From Moniliella sp. 'wahieum' (lineage: Eukaryota): DNA of 64,000 nucleotides. This document shows positions 62,352-64,000 of the stretch, in pieces. The notes under the pieces were generated by a model. That model saw only the letters and a list, made by a program, of their open reading frames with translations, made no database searches and was not told the origin of the DNA. Position numbers and translations under genes: made by a program. The stretch covers positions 310,001-374,000 of the forward strand of contig RSEE01000047.1 in the NCBI GenBank assembly GCA_003971905.1, in the 5' to 3' direction. Positions within the stretch are counted from its first letter, which is position 1. Every line of letters begins with the position of its first letter.

Positions 62352-63656
62352 CTACTGCCCCTTGGGTCCATCCACTCGTCGCCCGAACTGGGTTCGGCCT
62401 GGCAAAGTCCGACAGGTCCAGTGACGGTCCGCTGCTGCCGAATCAGTATCCTCTGTCTTCTGCATTGACCACAGCATACGTACTTTTACTCGCTCGATGG
62501 GCACGTGCGCGCGGTCCATCTCTTTCAGTAGACCAAACAAGCGGTCCGATGGCCCGTGCAAAGGTGGGGGCAATTCGTCGTCACCAGTTGCATCTACGCT
62601 CCCCTGGGATGGAGTGGGGGAAGGCATGCGGTTTTCTTCGAGGGGTAGAGAAAGGCACGCTTCTCCCCACCCGGAAAGGTGGTGCGCGAGGCGGCCCAAG
62701 GCCCAACTGGATTCTGCCGAGCGCTGCACCCAGGAGGCATGCATGCATTCTCTGAGGAGAGGATGGGACCACATGGCCTTGGAGGCCAGTTGAACCAGGG
62801 CACGCGAAAAGAGTGCTTCGACATTGGGCGGTAGCACCTCACTTGCCAGCTTGGTTCGACCGTCAGCGGCTGTGGGAGTGTGTGTTGGGGTGGGCGGTGG
62901 CGGAGCGTCCATTTTGCGTCGTTTACAGGGCGGTCCGTTTTCCCTGGATTGGTCCCAGGCGAGAAGGATAAAGTCGATCTGGAGCACGGGCTGCATGTTG
63001 GGTTGAAAGAAAGCGGCAGGTGCGTTGGTCAGCGTCAGGGCCCCTGCACAGCCCAAGGCCCTCGGAGAGCGGCCGCTGTACGTCAGATGGAGGACTGGCC
63101 AAGGGGTGTCACCATGAGGGCACATGCAGGGATCACGTACACTCGATTGAGCTGGCGGAAGCCTCGGGAGCAGGAAGAGGGCGGACTGCGAGTAAGTTGA
63201 ACGCATCCTGGTTCTAGACGGGGTGGCGGTGCATGGGTGAATGCGGGTACATTGATTGCAGACACATACAGAAGAGGGGAGACAAAAAGGTGTTATGCGT
63301 TGTGCTGCGTGTTAGTATACAGGCCCCGAGCGACGACGAGGGGATGCTTGAGACTACGGGAATGACGAGCGTACGCGTGAGAAGAAGGCCTCGACCAAGG
63401 CGGCTGCGCGTGCGCGTCTCAGTTCGGCATGAGTGAGCCACTGGGGCGCATGCTGGATGGCTTGGGCCACGCCCTGTCGGCGTTTGTTCTTGGGCTGGGT
63501 GGGGCAGGCGGCGAGGCGGAGAGCGAGGCGGATGGTGTTGCTGGTGGGCGCAGTGGCGACCGGCAGGGCATGGGGGACGACAGCCCAGCGCACGCAGAGG
63601 GAGAGGGTGTCGGACGAAGTGTCGTGCACTGTCAGCTGCTCCATCCCGCTTGCCAT
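62352..63656 (-). CDS. Multi-exon hypothetical protein (3' end uncertain)
   Basis: TATAAT near 63820, ATG at 63656, and three canonical-looking minus-strand introns (GTACGC..CTAAC..CAG; GTATGT..TAG; GTACGT..CTGAC..CAG) between about 63075 and 63375, then a long open exon to 62352. Confidence 0.55.
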
Positions 63657-64000
63657 GAAGCGGACGGCGGTGGGAAAATAGCACGGCGGCACTTAACGTG
63701 TGTTTCTCTCCCACACAGAGGCGGGGCAGAGCGGAATCAGTCTGCTTCCGCCCGCTGCCCTGGCTTTTTGGCTGCGAGTGCTGCCGCGTTTCTTCTGGAT
63801 AGCCGCCACTTTCCTAATTATACGCCACCCGTGGAGTCTCGACCTCCAACCTGCCATGCCTTTGTTGCGGTTGCCCTTGCGCGCCGCCTACGTTCCGGGG
63901 CGGACCCAGCTCCAGCCTCGGCCGGCCGTCCGTGCTCTTTCGTGCGCTGCCTCCAGGAGAAACCGCGTCCCCAACATCCAAACCCGCGCGGGCGTGCACC

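Noticed and set aside
63354..63420. LVEAFFSRVRSSFP as a Zn2Cys6 transcription-factor middle homology region
   Set aside because: The VRSSFP part lies in an apparent intron (GTACGC..CTAAC..CAG), and no Zn cluster or other Fungal_trans motifs are present.

Overview
Gene-dense, GC-rich, intron-poor fungal nuclear DNA. It is most likely a basidiomycete, possibly Ustilaginomycotina-like; this is inferred from short GT-AG introns with CTRAY branch sites and from the protein families. I can support about 26 protein-coding loci, mostly housekeeping: a CSC1/OSCA channel, a secretory lipase, PPN1, RIB4, ERD2, YOP1, SAL1, LEU2, KGD2, a Sid1-like kinase, VMA3, an MFS transporter, a J-domain protein, a pathogen-related protein, IND1, L2HGDH, SPO7, SEC14, PHB2, a G-alpha, a GH105-like hydrolase and several hypothetical proteins. 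Most genes are broken by apparent 1-bp deletions. I interpret these as uncorrected long-read consensus errors rather than pseudogenes, so exon coordinates are approximate. I found no tRNA, rRNA, CRISPR array or intact transposon. The most notable observations are: (1) a KGD2 (2-oxoglutarate dehydrogenase E2) with two diverged tandem lipoyl domains; (2) an IND1/NUBPL with no CxxC Fe-S motif; (3) a divergent group III G-alpha lacking the N-terminal helix and with altered G-beta-contact residues; (4) a recurrent intergenic pattern of 7-bp-period repeats built from many different palindromic hexamers (ANNNNT plus one spacer base); (5) a small gene whose ATG is split by an intron, and a likely spliced transcript carrying only a 10-codon ORF. 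No database searches were run. All family calls rest on motif recognition.
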